Part shown: positions 46,197-61,100 of the stretch, one piece after another
Position numbering within the stretch: the stretch's first letter is position 1
Layout: the number at the start of each line of letters is the position of its first letter
NCBI GenBank assembly: GCA_965202585.1
Contig: OZ241827.1
Location: 77,872,001 to 77,936,000 of the forward strand
From: Thalia democratica
Taxonomy: Eukaryota
Direction of reading: 5' to 3'
Length of the DNA: 64,000 nucleotides
Program-made: the position numbers and the translations under genes
The notes under the pieces: model-generated
Database searches by the model: none
What the model was told of the DNA's origin: nothing
What the model saw: the letters and a program-made list of their open reading frames with translations, nothing else

Positions 46197-49100
46197 GTTC
46201 CATACGCAATTATAACGTTCTAAAGTCTTCTTGGAAGAATTTATTTATAAAAATATCAAGGACTTCGATGGTTTGTCACAAGAAACGAATATAAACATGT
46301 ATAAAGAATCGAAATGGTTAGTTTATTTTTGTTACAGTTTGAAATGTATATAGGAAAAAACTAAATAAACATTAAATTTCTACTTTTTTGTTAAACCCAA
46401 TTAATTTTTTAAATGGTTGTTAATAATAAAAATTTGTGTTTCATGATATGCTAAATATTACTTTTTTTAATTTTTAGTACTATAATTTATTGATTAAGTT
46501 TTTTTATTGCTATTTTGTAATTAAAGTTTATTAAACTTTTTATTCACTCTTTTTTTAAAAATTTTACCTGAAATGTTTTCGTAGTTTGAACTTTTATTTA
46601 ACTTTGCATTCAACGTTTTGATTATTATAGTTATTTTTTTTCCCAGAACCAAAATTTCTAAAACTTAACTATAAACAAAATTAAACTTTACAATCATGAC
46701 GTAGAACTTAACATGCTTAAAAACTTCTAAAAGTTTGTGGTTTCATTTTTACTTAGTAAATAGACATTTGAACTTGAATAAAGTTTTGTAGGAGTGTACT
46801 TTGTACAATTATCAAATAGTTAAAAAAATGAAAATAAAATTAAGTCAACTTAGTATGTAGATAATTTTAAAGACTTTGAATTTATAGTAAATAAGAGATA
46901 ATTTGCAATTATTTAGCAAACAACTTATTTTTCAACAAGTTTAATTTTTAATAAAAATTTAGTAAACATTTTAAACGCTAAAATTAACATTTGTTTTTTT
47001 TTGATACTACGCTTAAAATGTAAACTTTTAAAACAGAATGAAATTCTACCCATTCAATTGAAGGCTTATGAAAAATGCGAGAGAATTTATTTGAGAGAAA
47101 TTAAAAAAAATAAACGAAATGAAGCATAACATACTCTGCCGGGAGTTTTATGGTTGTAAACTACAAAGAACAAAATATGTTTCAGTGTTCACGGTATCTT
47201 AAATTAAACATTAATCATTACAAAGTAAACGTTCGAAGTTTGGTCTAATCGACTTAAATATAAAAAGTCTCGTTCTTTATAAAAAAAATATGTTTCTATT
47301 TTACAAGTTAAATTTTTTTTTTTTTCTCAACATCATAAATTAACAAAACATTGTTTTATAAATAAACATTTTAGACTTTCTCAAAATAAGCATGTTACGC
47401 CATAAGGCTTAAAACTTCCAACAATCTCCTAAACCTTTTACTAGCACTTTAATATAGTTTTTTAAACAAATGCATTTTTCATCAAAGATCTAAACAAAGC
47501 AGACAACGTTCTGCATGAGTGAGTGGAGTCGAACCCGTGCAATAATCGGTAAATTAACGGGAGAAAATCCGCAGACATCCAACGTTACTTGCCAAATCGT
47601 GGATTGTAAATCTAAAAGCTGACTAACTTATTAAACTGTGGGTGGCGTGATCGCTTTAATTTTATTAAATTTGCGCACGAAACAAATTTACTTCGTTTTT
47701 TAGGATCAGCAGAACATAAAAAGTGCGTAGGTCAAATATGATATTTTAGATGATAGAAACCTGAAATTTTGGAATGGCTTACAAAAGTTTGTTTAAATAC
47801 CGAAATAAAATTAACGGTCCTGGAAAGAAAATTTTCACTTATTCTAGTAACTACAACTGTCAAGGATTATAAAGACAACTAGCTAAAATTTCATTCAGAA
47901 AAATTTAGTGCTGACGTACTTTAAAATTATTTCCATCGTTTATTGGTTGCATGCAAGCGATCAGACTCTTAATTGACCAATGGGGGTATTTCTTACAGCG
48001 CAGTATCAAAAGGAAGCTTAGATGAAGACACTCTGTTTGTGGTGGACAAAATTAGTGGGTCAATTAGATTAATGGGTCGTTTAGAGGCAAGAGTTACAGG
48101 CTAAGGATAAGAGCAAGAGATTTTACAGGGAAGAGCACTCAAGCCAGACTGGTTGTCAATGTGTTGCCTAGTAACCTTTGTTCGCGTAATGGCAATATAA
48201 AAAATAAACTGACCATGATAAATGTAATTTAAATAACTTCCCCTGGACAAGTGGTTGGTACCATAAACACTACTAGATCTGATGTTGTTTATGACATCAT
48301 AGATGGTTCGGGAAAGGGAGTTTTTAGAGTTGATCGATATACAGGTCGGTAAAAGATTGATTAAAGAAAATACTAGTCCTAAAATAAGTACATACTTTAA
48401 AATTTTATAAGAAAAAGTTAACTTTTAGTATTTTAACTTTATCAATTGTATTTAATGTGAATAACTTTTAATTTGAACTTTTTAAATCTAGTTTTTACTT
48501 TTATAGACAAGCTATTTTCAGTTTAAAATGTTTTAGTAGTATCATAACATGGTGTGTATTTTAAATAATAATTAGCCTGATTTTTCTTCATTTCATAGTT
48601 AATATATCCTCTTTTTATACTTTTAAAACTGTCTAAGGTTCAAAGAAAACATAATATAAATTTTTAGTTTTTATAGAAATTTTGCACATAATTTTAAAGT
48701 TAGAACATAACAGATTTAATTAATTTTACATATAAACATAAAAACCGAATTTAATTAATTTTTTAAAGTTATTTTATTTTTATCTGACAATCAAAAAACT
48801 TTCTAAAAAAGTTTTTAAATTTTAATTTTTTCAAAACCCAAGGTTTAAGTAAACAAGTTCAGTTGAATTTAATGAATTTTTGTTCAAACAAAGCTTAAAT
48901 AATTGTTTTGGAATTTTATATATTTCTTAAACAGTCAAACAATTGTTTGATACGTTTTGTTGAATCGTGACTTGTTCATGTTTGCATGTTTTGCTTTTCA
49001 TACAAACAAGCAGTAATTGCATACCATACATTTAATCTTTAATTGTTTGTAAATGTTTATAAACTATTGTAAAAATTTCCAATTCTCAGTATGTATAAAC

Positions 49101-52100
49101 GTTTAAACTACCATAACATTTTTATACAATATTTATTTTAACAGTTTATTACTAACAAAACTATGTTTTACTCCTATACTTGCATATAGGAGATCCTCAG
49201 TTGTTGTAAATAGATCTGAAAAATATTTTTTGAACCAATGAATGGAAGTTCCATACATAGCTAAACAATAAAATTACATAAAAGTTTTATAAGTTTAAAG
49301 ACAGTGTAGTTATATTTGTTAAATTTACTTATAAACAGGGAAAGTATTTTTTTGACATACAAAAGCTTTCAATGTATACATATTAATAACTTGTTCAAAC
49401 GATCAAGAAATTCGGCAAAAACAACTACTTATGCCTTCTTATTGAAGATTATCAGTGTAAGTAGCAAAAAGGAAATTTATTTTTCTGAAACGGATGTGCT
49501 CTATAAAGCTTGTTTATCACTAAACCTGGTTATTACGTCACAGTAGTGCCCTTAAGCTGCACTAGTAATTTCTCCAAAAATTTCAATTAAGCTACTTGAT
49601 GAAGTGAAACAGTTATGATGCTTGATTTTACTTACTTTAATAAAAAGCTTATACAGACATCCTTAAAAAATATATGTTGTACAAGCAAGTTAAATGTTAT
49701 TGTTTGTCTACTGTCTAGTTTTATCTGAAAGCAGTTATGTACTTATAAAACAAGTTTTAAAACTTACTTTAACTATATTTTTATCGTGTTTCGTTTTTCT
49801 AAAAGAAATAAACAAATTAAAACACAAACTTATTTTTGTTCTATGTTTAAATTTTTGGATTTTATTCTTTAAATATCAAAAAACTACTTGAGGTTATAGT
49901 CGTTCTCTTATCTTAGGAAACAACATAGTTTGAAAAAAATGGTTTCTTACTTATATTTAATGACAAATAAAGTGCAAAATTTCTATCTATGTTAATCTTT
50001 AAAGTTACAGTGGTCTTAAATCAAGACTATCAAGAAAGCACAGTTTTTTGCTATTTTTTCTTTATTAAGTTATATCTTCGAAAAAAGGTAAAATAAGGAA
50101 ATTCTTAATCAATTTAAATGACAAATTTCTTTAATATATGATTTTAAACATTTATGAGAGAGTAATTTGAAGTTGAATTAGAATTTTTTTAGTTAAGCCA
50201 AGTACTAAGATATTTGTATTTAAATTAGATGCTTTTGCTTCTGTTGAAGTTTTAGCTGCTTCATGAGCAATTGTCTTGTGTAATTAAAAGAAAAAAGAAA
50301 AAAAGCATAAGCTGAATAGTAGTAAAAAGATTCAAGAAAGTGCTTTATATTTGCTCAAAGTTTAAATTTCGGTTGAAAAATTTACAAAGAAGAATTAAAC
50401 AAGAATAATAACAACAAAAGAAATAAACTTTACCCGCTGTATACACAAATAAGTAGAATGGTAAATACTTGAAGCTTGTTTAAGTTACACAAAAAGTTCT
50501 CGACAGTTTATAAGTCTTTGTGCCAACAAAAAAATACTTTTTATTTCAAAAAGAGCAAGAAAATAATAATAGGGTCGGGCATGAGTCATATCTTTTGTTT
50601 AGGAAGTTGAGTTTGTACAACGCAGATTCTTAATTTGAAAGTAAAGAATAAATTAACACCTTATTTTCTCCCCCTTTTTATAGTCATACTTAGTTGGGTT
50701 TTAGATCGCTTTTGTTGTTTTTGTCTTGGTATAATTTAAATAAAATTTAAAGTCTTAAGTACATATACACAATTATTTTAATTCTAAACAATTTAATTTT
50801 TGTAATACAACAAAAATCTTTAAACAATTTTTGAAAAACCAAGTAGGGAAAGTACTCTATGTTGTTTAAACTTTAAATGACAGCAAAACCTTAAGTCCCT
50901 TGACATTAAAAATCGGTCAAGTACATACAATAAGAAGTATAAAAATACACATCAAATTCTACTTTGTCACAAAAACTATCATGTTGAATTACAGCAGAGA
51001 AAATTTCCTCAAAATGACAGCGGGTTTGTTTACAAAAGTCTCATTTGTCAGCTGTTTTCTTTTATGCTGCACTTGTTTTTAATTTCAGATAAATAGCAAA
51101 AACTAGAATTTTAACTTCGGGCGCTTGTCTAAAGAACAATTTCAGTCAAATTTTAAGTTTTTCTTTCATAAAGTTCTTTCCTAAGTTAATGCATATAACT
51201 TATGTCAGATATTTGTTTTCGCAAACTATCTGTTTGAAGTAATTTTATATTTTTGTATCTAATCCATCCATTTTTTATTAAAAATCTTAGTATTTCTTCT
51301 GTGAGATTTACTTCACAGTTTCAGTATAAAACAAATAGCTGTAAAAACATAATAGTTAAGAACACAATAATTATACGGTATTAGTTTCATTCAATATATT
51401 TTGCTTGAAAAATGGTTTTTGAAAATAAAAAATCTACTAAAATATACTGATTGTAAAAAATGTGTGAAAACATTTTATCAGTAACATATGCATGCCCTTA
51501 ATTAATTTGATACAGCATATGTTTTAAATGATCCTGTTCTTTTTTTAGTTTTACTGACATTTTAGTAATTTATCATTACGCCTGTAAGACTTAATTATGA
51601 ACAGAAGCATACTGGAAATATGTTTGGACATGCTTTTTTAATTACCTTTTTGTGTTGTCTGGTTTAGGAATTACCTCCTACTAAACCATTTTGAAATTAA
51701 ATTTTCTTCAATAAACATTTTTTAGCTTTATTTGTGTAACTTTTTTTTCAATTTTAAAATGAAATTTTATCAAGCTAAGTTTTTATTTTAGTTTAAAAGC
51801 ATTTCAGTTTATGTATGTTTTAATATAATTATTTCGATATATTTAGCTAATATAGTACTATGACTGTTCTCTCTTTTTTAAACATTAATCATGATCTAAA
51901 TATTAATCGATCACGTATTTTTTGTACTAAATATTAAAAAAAACAATTTTTTCAGTTAAAAAAAATTATATACTTTTTAATAAAATATTTTTTACTACAA
52001 TTTAGAAAATTTATAGAAAATGACAAAAAAAAAATAAAACTAATGATAAAAATTGTAAACAACTAGAATTAAACTGTAAAAAAATTGATTAAATACCTGT

Positions 52101-55100
52101 TGTTTTTGTTTATATAAAAAAAAGTTAAAAACTATTTTTTTAAAGTCGTGTTTTCCAAAACAAATTTTTACTTACTTGAAATAAAAAAAACAAACAAACT
52201 TAAAAACATGTAAAAAGTAGACTTTTAATATTTTTCAAGACAAGTAGTTATTGCTCGATCATATGACAGAGAAATGGAGAAATATTATTGGCTGACAATA
52301 GCATCACGTGATAAGCAGGGTTCATATCTATCTGAAGACTACATAAAAGTAGCAGTGACAGTTATGCATGTTAATGACAACTATCCAGTTTCTGACCAGC
52401 CAAGCTACAATATCTCGTTAGTTAAATAGTACATGTTATGTAATAAATAAACTAAATTACTATTAAAAGCTAATTGTTACAAAAGTTTTAAAAAAAGTAC
52501 AGTAAAATAAAAAAATTAGTGAAACTTGTTTGTAAATATGATGGTCATTAACTTTACGTTTATTACAAAAACTTAAAGTATTTTAGTTTATGGTTTTTGT
52601 TTTTAAAGTATAAAATCTTGAATGTTTATATATGAAAAGTATAACAAAATTTATTTTAAACGTTAAAGCAAATAGTTGTAAAAAGTATATTAAATATATT
52701 TAATTACAGTGTGGATTCTGGAACACCTGTTAACACTCCTATATTAAATATACAAGCATCTGACAAAGATGAAGGTTTAAATGGAAAGTTTACATACACT
52801 ATCTTGAAAGCAGAAATATTTAAAATAAACTCTGAAACAGGTTAATTTCAAAAGTATTTATGTGTTTGTTTACTATTTTGGAATTACAGAAATTTTGTAA
52901 AAAAAAAAGTTTATTGAGCTAGTGTTCAGAAACATTAAAGAATTAAAAATTAAATTTTAAACTAAAATGTGTTATGCATTTAGTTGCTATAGGTCTATTG
53001 GAACATCTTTAATATAACTATTTATAAAAATCTATAAGTTGAAAAAAAAAAATAAAAACTGTTCATAGTTTTATATTTTAAGTTCCAAAAGTTGTTTTGT
53101 TTAATATTAGATAACCCCTTAGATAATATCTGTTTTGTAACGTTTGCATCTAATTTTTTGTACTACTTATAACTTTTATTGTTTATTAGTATAAGTTATT
53201 TATAGTTACCGTTTAAATAATGAGTTTGTTTGTAAAATTCTATAGATTGTAATAAGTATTAAAAACTGTAAGTTTAAGCGTATGTTAAAAAAGATCCAAG
53301 CGAAACGAATTCACTGGAATATGTAACAATATTGGAAATCGTAGAACATTCTTAAATTTAAAAAATAACTTATATCAAGTAACTTTTTTATGTAATTAAA
53401 CTTCAACTTGTTGTTGTAAATCCAAATTAAAAAAAAGTTATCATTTACATTCAATTAAAGGCTAAATCATTAGCGGTATATAATTAAATACATTCTCAAA
53501 TTTTTTTTTACAGTTACTGCTGATATATTGTTAGGAAATTTACGTAGTAAAATTTAGTACATACGTCATGAAGTTCAACGTGACGTCGAAATTTTTATAA
53601 GTGGTTTTTTTGTCATTTTAATTGGTTTTTGTCTACTTTTGTATGTACCTAGCTGAAAAATGTAGTCATGTAAAGGTCAAAACGTTTGTCAAAATGGTAG
53701 GTATGCTAACGATAGTAATTAGTATTTAAACTTAAGACATATAATGCACTTGTTAAGTACACTTACAAATAAAACGTTCTGCTAGAGCTATAACGAATTC
53801 GGTTACATCAAAAAAAAAAGTTTGATTAAAAAGGTACTGAGTTTTACTCACTTAAATCTGTTTTAAATTTATATTTAATTAAACGTTGTTTCCTTTGTTG
53901 TACATGAAATATTAGAATTACTAACAAAAAAAATATATAGATTGATTCTTTAACAGAATACAATAGTCAAGTTGTAAAATGTTAACAAGATTTTAATAAA
54001 GTCTCAAAGTTGACAAAACAAAACTTGTATGACCTGTAAGTCACAATAAAAATTAAATTTACTTACAATACCCTGTGGGTTTATAAAAGGAAGCCAAATT
54101 AAACAATTGAAACCGCTCTCACAGAAAGTGAGCTAATCCCTATTTACTTTTACCGTTTAACTTAGCTAGTCAAAAGCTATTTTGAATGTCTTTTGTTAAT
54201 CAGTAGCGCGTAGAAGTAAAAGGATGACATTTCAATTTACGTGCGATTAGACATATTAAAAGTCGCAGTCTCTATAAGAGCTAATTCCAACCGGATATTA
54301 ATAAAGTTTTTAAATTTAGTTTGTCAAATATAATTTAATATGATACTGTTAAATAGCAATAAGTAAAATTTAAAAGATTTTTAATAGTTATCTTAAACCA
54401 AGCCTATAGTTTGGTGAAACTGTTTATTTTTATTTTGAATAAGGGGTTTGTTTGATAAACTGATGTATGGCTGGTTTATTTTATTTCAAAAGCTTTAAAT
54501 TAATATTTTAAAACACATTTAAAGTGTATTATATTATTTTTTAACTTCAAATATCGTTTTTGCTTTAAAAAATTTAAAAATTATCATTTACACAAATAAG
54601 AATTTTATAGTAAAACTAACTTTGATATAGTTTTGGTTATAGAAATGTTTACCTAAAATGTGTTCCACAATAGTGTAAAAAACTACTTATATATATAAAG
54701 TAAAAATAATACACATACCTGTTTCAGTAAATGCGCATAGGTTGTGCTTAACACTTATAAAAATTACCTTCAAAACATCAAATTGCCATAGAAACAAAAA
54801 AACCGAAATAAGTTGTAAAATTGCTCATAATAGCCAAGAGTTTGTTTACATTCACTAGGAAGATCAAACGCAGTTATACTGCTCATTTAGCAATTATTTG
54901 TTTTAAAGCAACAATGCTTTGTGAGTGAACTTGTTTTGATTTGAAAGCATCAATCTAATTAAAAAAGAAAATATAATAAAGTAGTAATTATTTCCTGTTC
55001 ATTTGATCCCTACCAATTATGCATAGCAAAGGTTAATTTTATGAGCAAGCATTCTTAAATGATTAATAACTTAAGTAAAGATATTTGCAAAAATATATAG

Positions 55101-58100
55101 TTCAGCAACTCAAATATAAAAAAAAATCTGATAAAAAATTTATATTAATTTTATCCAAGATAAAACTTATCGAAAAATAGATATACTTTTTTTTCTAACA
55201 GAGACTTTTATTTAGCATATTGACATTTTTTAAATTTTAGAGAAATATCTGCTTTAAACACTTACAGTCTTTTATTTTGTTTTATTAAAATGCTACAAAA
55301 ATGATATTTTTTTTAGTTTTTGAATAAGATAGCAATTGCTTGTGTTACTTAAGTTAAATTTAATTTTTAAATGATGTTACATAACAATATTTGTTTAATC
55401 TTGCTTTGTGTATTGTCTCAACTATTGTTACGAAATATTGAATGAAGCTTATAAATAAACATAAAACTTTATTTTAAATAATCTTGTTTGTTCAAGAAAT
55501 CATTATTCTTCTGCAATTTAATAAAATCACATGTTTTTATTATATACGAGTAAGGATTTTTTATTCAATGAAACACGTCAAAATACTTGTGTAAACCACA
55601 ACTACTTTAAAAATCTGAAGTTCATCTGATAAAATAATAAAAATAAAATTAGAATCTTTTACATTTTTTGTTGGTTGAATTAAAACATAAAATGGGTAAT
55701 TTATCAACTAATGTTATTGAAATGCCAGTTATGTAGATAAACAAGGATACTTAACTCCTAAATAACAAAACATGTCTTATGCACTGAATTAACCTCAAAC
55801 TAAATGCAGCAAAACATATAATGATTGCTCTCAAGTCTAATACTTGCGTTTAGTTCTAATTTTACAAAGTAGATCTTATTATCATTATTTTTGTCAAAAA
55901 TATTTTTTAACACCTTATTAAATACAAGAATAAACTTGTTGTAATTCTAAAGGTAAAAATTAAAACATTTTTATTAAAAATGTTCTGTCATAAAACCTAC
56001 ATTTTGAAATGAACTTTTATTAAATACGTTGTCAAAAGTTTTATACAGACTTTTGCAATTGATTGTATCCTGTATTTTTATGTTTTTAGTAATCAATAAT
56101 ACTAAAGTTTATTTGAAAACTCTTATGAACAAAATCTTTCGAACTATTTTACGAATTGTTTGATGTGGTCAGACTTTGAATTTTCATTTCCTTACAACAA
56201 TATGCATTTGACAGCAAAAATATACAAATTTGATGTTAGCAGCAAGGTGTTTTATTTTTTAATTTAAAAGATATTATAAAAATAATACTTTAACAGCTAC
56301 TTGTTTGTCTTAATTATTTGAAATATTAAGCTTACTTAACAAAGCAAAGTGTATGTGTTTAACATCAAAATAAGTTTAAACTAGTCTGAATAACTTGTTT
56401 AAAATGTAAACCTAAAAAAAATAATTATTTTGATTAATTTGTTTTTCTGTGATGTATAATTTATAAAATTGAACAGAAACGTCGTTAAAAAATCGTTTTT
56501 ACTAAATTGTTAAAATACTGACAATTACTGTAAAGTTCATAATATATATGTTATTCATTACATTCGTATATACAGTAAAGTAAACGACTGTTGAAAGGAA
56601 ATCTTTTAAAAGCTTCAAGTACTTTATTTTTCTAAATGGAATCAAAAACAAATAATATTAAAAAATAAAAACAATCTAATGAGTAATACACTTGATGTTA
56701 TAACACAGTTAAAAAAAGTTGTACGACAACAAAAACAAATCAGTAAAGTTTTTGATAAAAATTTCTTGTGTTTAAAATAAAATTACAGTACGGTACATAG
56801 GATAATAAAAAAAAAGAACGAATATAAATGTTCATACAAAACTGTTACTTCTCAGCAGGAGACTAGTTCACAAAATATATTAAAATTTAGACAACTTGGG
56901 TGGTTACTTCAAAGGAAACCAAAAGTCTTAAAAAATTAATTTACCTATAAACTTTATAGAATTGTTTATTGTTTATTACCACAAAGATAAACAAATAACG
57001 TAATCGTAGAAAAGTAATTTATCATAAATTGTTGTCTTATAAACATTAACCAAGTGGTTCTGTTTATTAACAAAAACGCTACCCTAGCTTATATTAAGAT
57101 TTAAATAAACATAAGATTTTAAAGTATTAGTTAATTTTTATTACGTTTTTTCCTTTATATTAGCTTATATTACATAATTAAATTTATAGCATTTTTAAAT
57201 GGAATTCTTTTTGTGCTTTTAAAACAGCTTAAAATATTTAAAGTTATGTAAATGAAAAACATCAAAAAAAGTATTTTAATTTTCACAGCATTCCCACGCT
57301 TTGTAGTTCTGTGTGTTTTTACCGCAATTATGACGTAATTAAGAATATATAAATTGAATTTGTTTAGAGCCAAGTTTCTGTACAACTAAACAAAACTAAA
57401 TGTAATTATGTATTTGTGTATTAGGATAACTTATAAACTACTTTTACAATAGTTTTAACTCTATTATTTAATAAACTAACACTAATAAAAATGAACAAAA
57501 TGTTTTAAGACTAGAGTATACGTTAGGTAAATAATACTTGTATTTTTTATTTATTAATTTTTTTATAATTGACAAAGTTTAATTTTATTTACATTTATAC
57601 GTAGTTTCTCTATAAATTAAAAAAAGACAACGTTTAATAACTAATAGAAGAAATAAGAATGTTAATTAAAAATTAGTTTATTTATTCAAATGTTTAATTT
57701 TTAATGATGTAGTGTATAACTAAATAAAGAAGTAATTCTTAAGTTTAGTATAAAAAGTAAACTAAAAATTTATTTGGTTTTACTATTTTTTAACCGTTTT
57801 AGATTTATTTCTAGGTCAAATTTACACTGCAAAAGAGCTGGTACCAAATGTACTTGATGGATTAAAACAAATTTCGTTCGTTGTAAGTTTTAATTCAAAT
57901 ATTCATGAAACTATTAATAAAAATTAGTCTAAACTCAAGATCTTATAATGTAATATGAATCAACTTAAAAGCACAAGTTTTAAATTTTAATCTTTATTTA
58001 GTTTTGTGATGATTTCTGAGGTTTTCAATTTAAAAAAAACTGAACGTAATTTTTTTTATAGCTGTGTTGATAGACATATTTATTTATCTTTAAAAGATAT

Positions 58101-61100
58101 ATGTGTGGAGTATCTGTTGTATCTTAAAGTAGTTGTTTTGTTTCAAACTTTATTCAAAGTTTTGATTGTGTTTAAAATTGTAAAGATTAAACAACATAAT
58201 TTTAAAAATCACTTAAAAAATAGAGAATTCATTAAACTTATCAAAAAAATTTTTCAAAGTTACGATTTTATGACGTAAAAAAACTTCCGTCGTGAAATGA
58301 ACTGTAAATTTTTGACACAATTTATTTTTTGTATTTTTGCATAAATCTATATTATTAAATTCTTGTACAATTTGTAACTTCAGACTGAATAATAATGAAA
58401 ACTTATTAAACTTACTTTATTTACTTTAAGTTTAATTGAAGCACCTTTTTTCTTTTAATAATGTTTGTTATACCTAAATATTTGTACTAAACTACTAAAA
58501 AATGTTTTATTTTTTGATTTACATGTTGTATACATTTTTAATTATAATTAATCTTAATGATAAGTTTAAACTGTACTTAAATAAAAAGCTAAAATAACTT
58601 TTATATTTTTATTACATTTCAAAACTAGAATACAGAAACTGACAAAAAGTATAAAGCTGGCTCTATTTTTTCATGTTTTGTTATAATATTAACAACTTTA
58701 TCTCAAAGGTTTATGTTGCGACCAGCCAAACTTCTACTTAACAATACATAATGTTATCAAACAAATTTTAATTTGACATGATTAAAGAATATCTTAGCAA
58801 ACAATCTACACAATATTAGCAGTAAATTTAAATTTGAATTACTCATAAAATTTTGAGCAAAATCCTTAAAAAAAAAATTCTTTCTGATGACAGTTTTCAG
58901 ATTTTACACTTTAAGTTCGTAACTTTTTTTGTTACTAGATTCTTAAGCTCTGCACTTATGTGTTCTTTTTCTATGACCTTACTGATTAAATAAATCAAAA
59001 ACTACTAAAAAAAAGCAGTCAATTTATTTTCTTCGCGTAATTAATTATGACAACAATAAATATTTCAAATTGACCTTGACTTACGATTGTTTAGAGAAAA
59101 GGTTTAATAGTTTAAATAAGAAAGTTTTTACTTTCCCAAGAACAAACACTTGTGTTTTTAATTGACCAAAAAGTAATAAGCAAACAACTTTATAATAAAT
59201 ATCTGAAGTTTAATGCTATTTTATTTACGGTTTATTTAGGAAACTGTTTTATATTTTTATCTATAATGCGTTTTCAAGCTAGTTAAGTTATCATAATTAA
59301 CTGATCATAAATTAAGCCGTATGTCTTTTCACATGAAGTTAGCTTTAGTAAAGAACGTCTATTGTTAACTAATAATTGTTAAAATTGAAAAAAATTAAGC
59401 TAAATATGGAAGATATAGGAGTACCAAGTTTATCATCTCAAGTTCCAGTGACTATAAACTTTAACCAGAAAAATTTTAATGAAGGTGGACTTTTTATTTG
59501 GTGAGATAACAATTTATTGTCGGATATTCGGTTATGGAGAAACTGACAAGATTCACAAGAAATGTCAGTTGTTAATTTATTTATTTTTTGTTACACGTTT
59601 ATTTAATTATTAAGCCAAAAACAAAGTTTTCTTATACTTTTTTGTTTACACTAAATTAGATAAACTACAACAATATAGTATATATTGTGCAAAATTTACA
59701 AACAGTTAGTTCAACCAACTAAATTATAAGTTTTTTTTCTTGATTTTTTAAAACCTTACGAAATAATTTCTAAAGTTTAAAAAAAACTAAGATTTTAAAA
59801 TATTATTTATGATAAATAGGTCTAATGGCACGTTTAATACCATTGTGTTGCATTTAAACTACAGAATTCGAATAAAAGCATATGGTACTCACCAAGAAGC
59901 AGTAAATATTAAATACTCATTGATTAAAACGAATGATTACATAATAGATGAAAACACTGGAGTTATACACACTAGTAGCAGCAACTACAAACTAAACACA
60001 GTGCAAACCATTAGGGTAAATTTTTATTTAAAATAACTTCTATTGTAATTGTTTACTGAAAAATTGTAAGCGGAATACTCTACAGTTTTAACAAATTTTG
60101 TAATTATTCTTGAAGTCCACAGTAGTAACAATAGCGTTGAAAAAGAAAATTTTCTTCTCTGTAATCTCTTTTCAAGTTTAAACTAATTTTAATTGTTAAG
60201 ATAATTATTTAAAGGTAAAAGCAACAGACAAGTATTCTAATGAAGCTTCTGTGCAATTAACTATAACCTAGGTTGAACGACCAAGCTTGCCAAGAAGGTC
60301 TAACTAAACTTGCATTTGAAAACAGAATTCATAGATACAAATATCAGGAACATACGAATTTCAAACCTTATAGAGACAGATTTATTGCAAACATCAAACC
60401 TGTAAAATCTGTAAAAATGAAAAAACAAATATTAGCTTATTTTATATGTATGTTTTAATAAAATTCTATAAATAAAATTCTATTTTCTGCAGAACACAAC
60501 TACTTGAATAATTACAGTCGAGTTAGCTCAAATTCATAAATACTATTTTTATGTAAAAACAAATAATTAAATACTTTTCTTTAATTTTACTTATGCATAA
60601 AAATACATTTTAAGTAAACTTCGGCACATTATAAGAGTCAAAATTGTTGTAATTAAGTCATAAAATGATAAAATACTTAAAGTTGTACCTTTGATAAAAG
60701 AAACTTACTTTTTAAAGAAAAACTTTACTAGCTCTTTTGATAGCCTTAAAAGAATTTTTAACATTCTATAAACTACTAACATCAGACGAAAACTAAAAAA
60801 AACATGTTATTCTGTATCATGATAAAAATTAATGTGTAACAAAAACTTCTAATCTGACAACACATTGACCCGATAATCAGACAGAGTAAACCGATAATCC
60901 ACCTAAAGTTGTTAAACGCAGCCCACCAAAATGTCTTGATGGTTCTTTAAGGTGTTTATAAAAAAAAAAGTTATATTTACTAAGTCAAACATAGTTTGAT
61001 AATTGTTGCTTAAATCTTTCAAGTATTTATTTTTTATTTGAAAGAAACTCAAATTTATACCTTTTAAAACTGAGCGCAGCTAAACTAATTAATTAACTTT

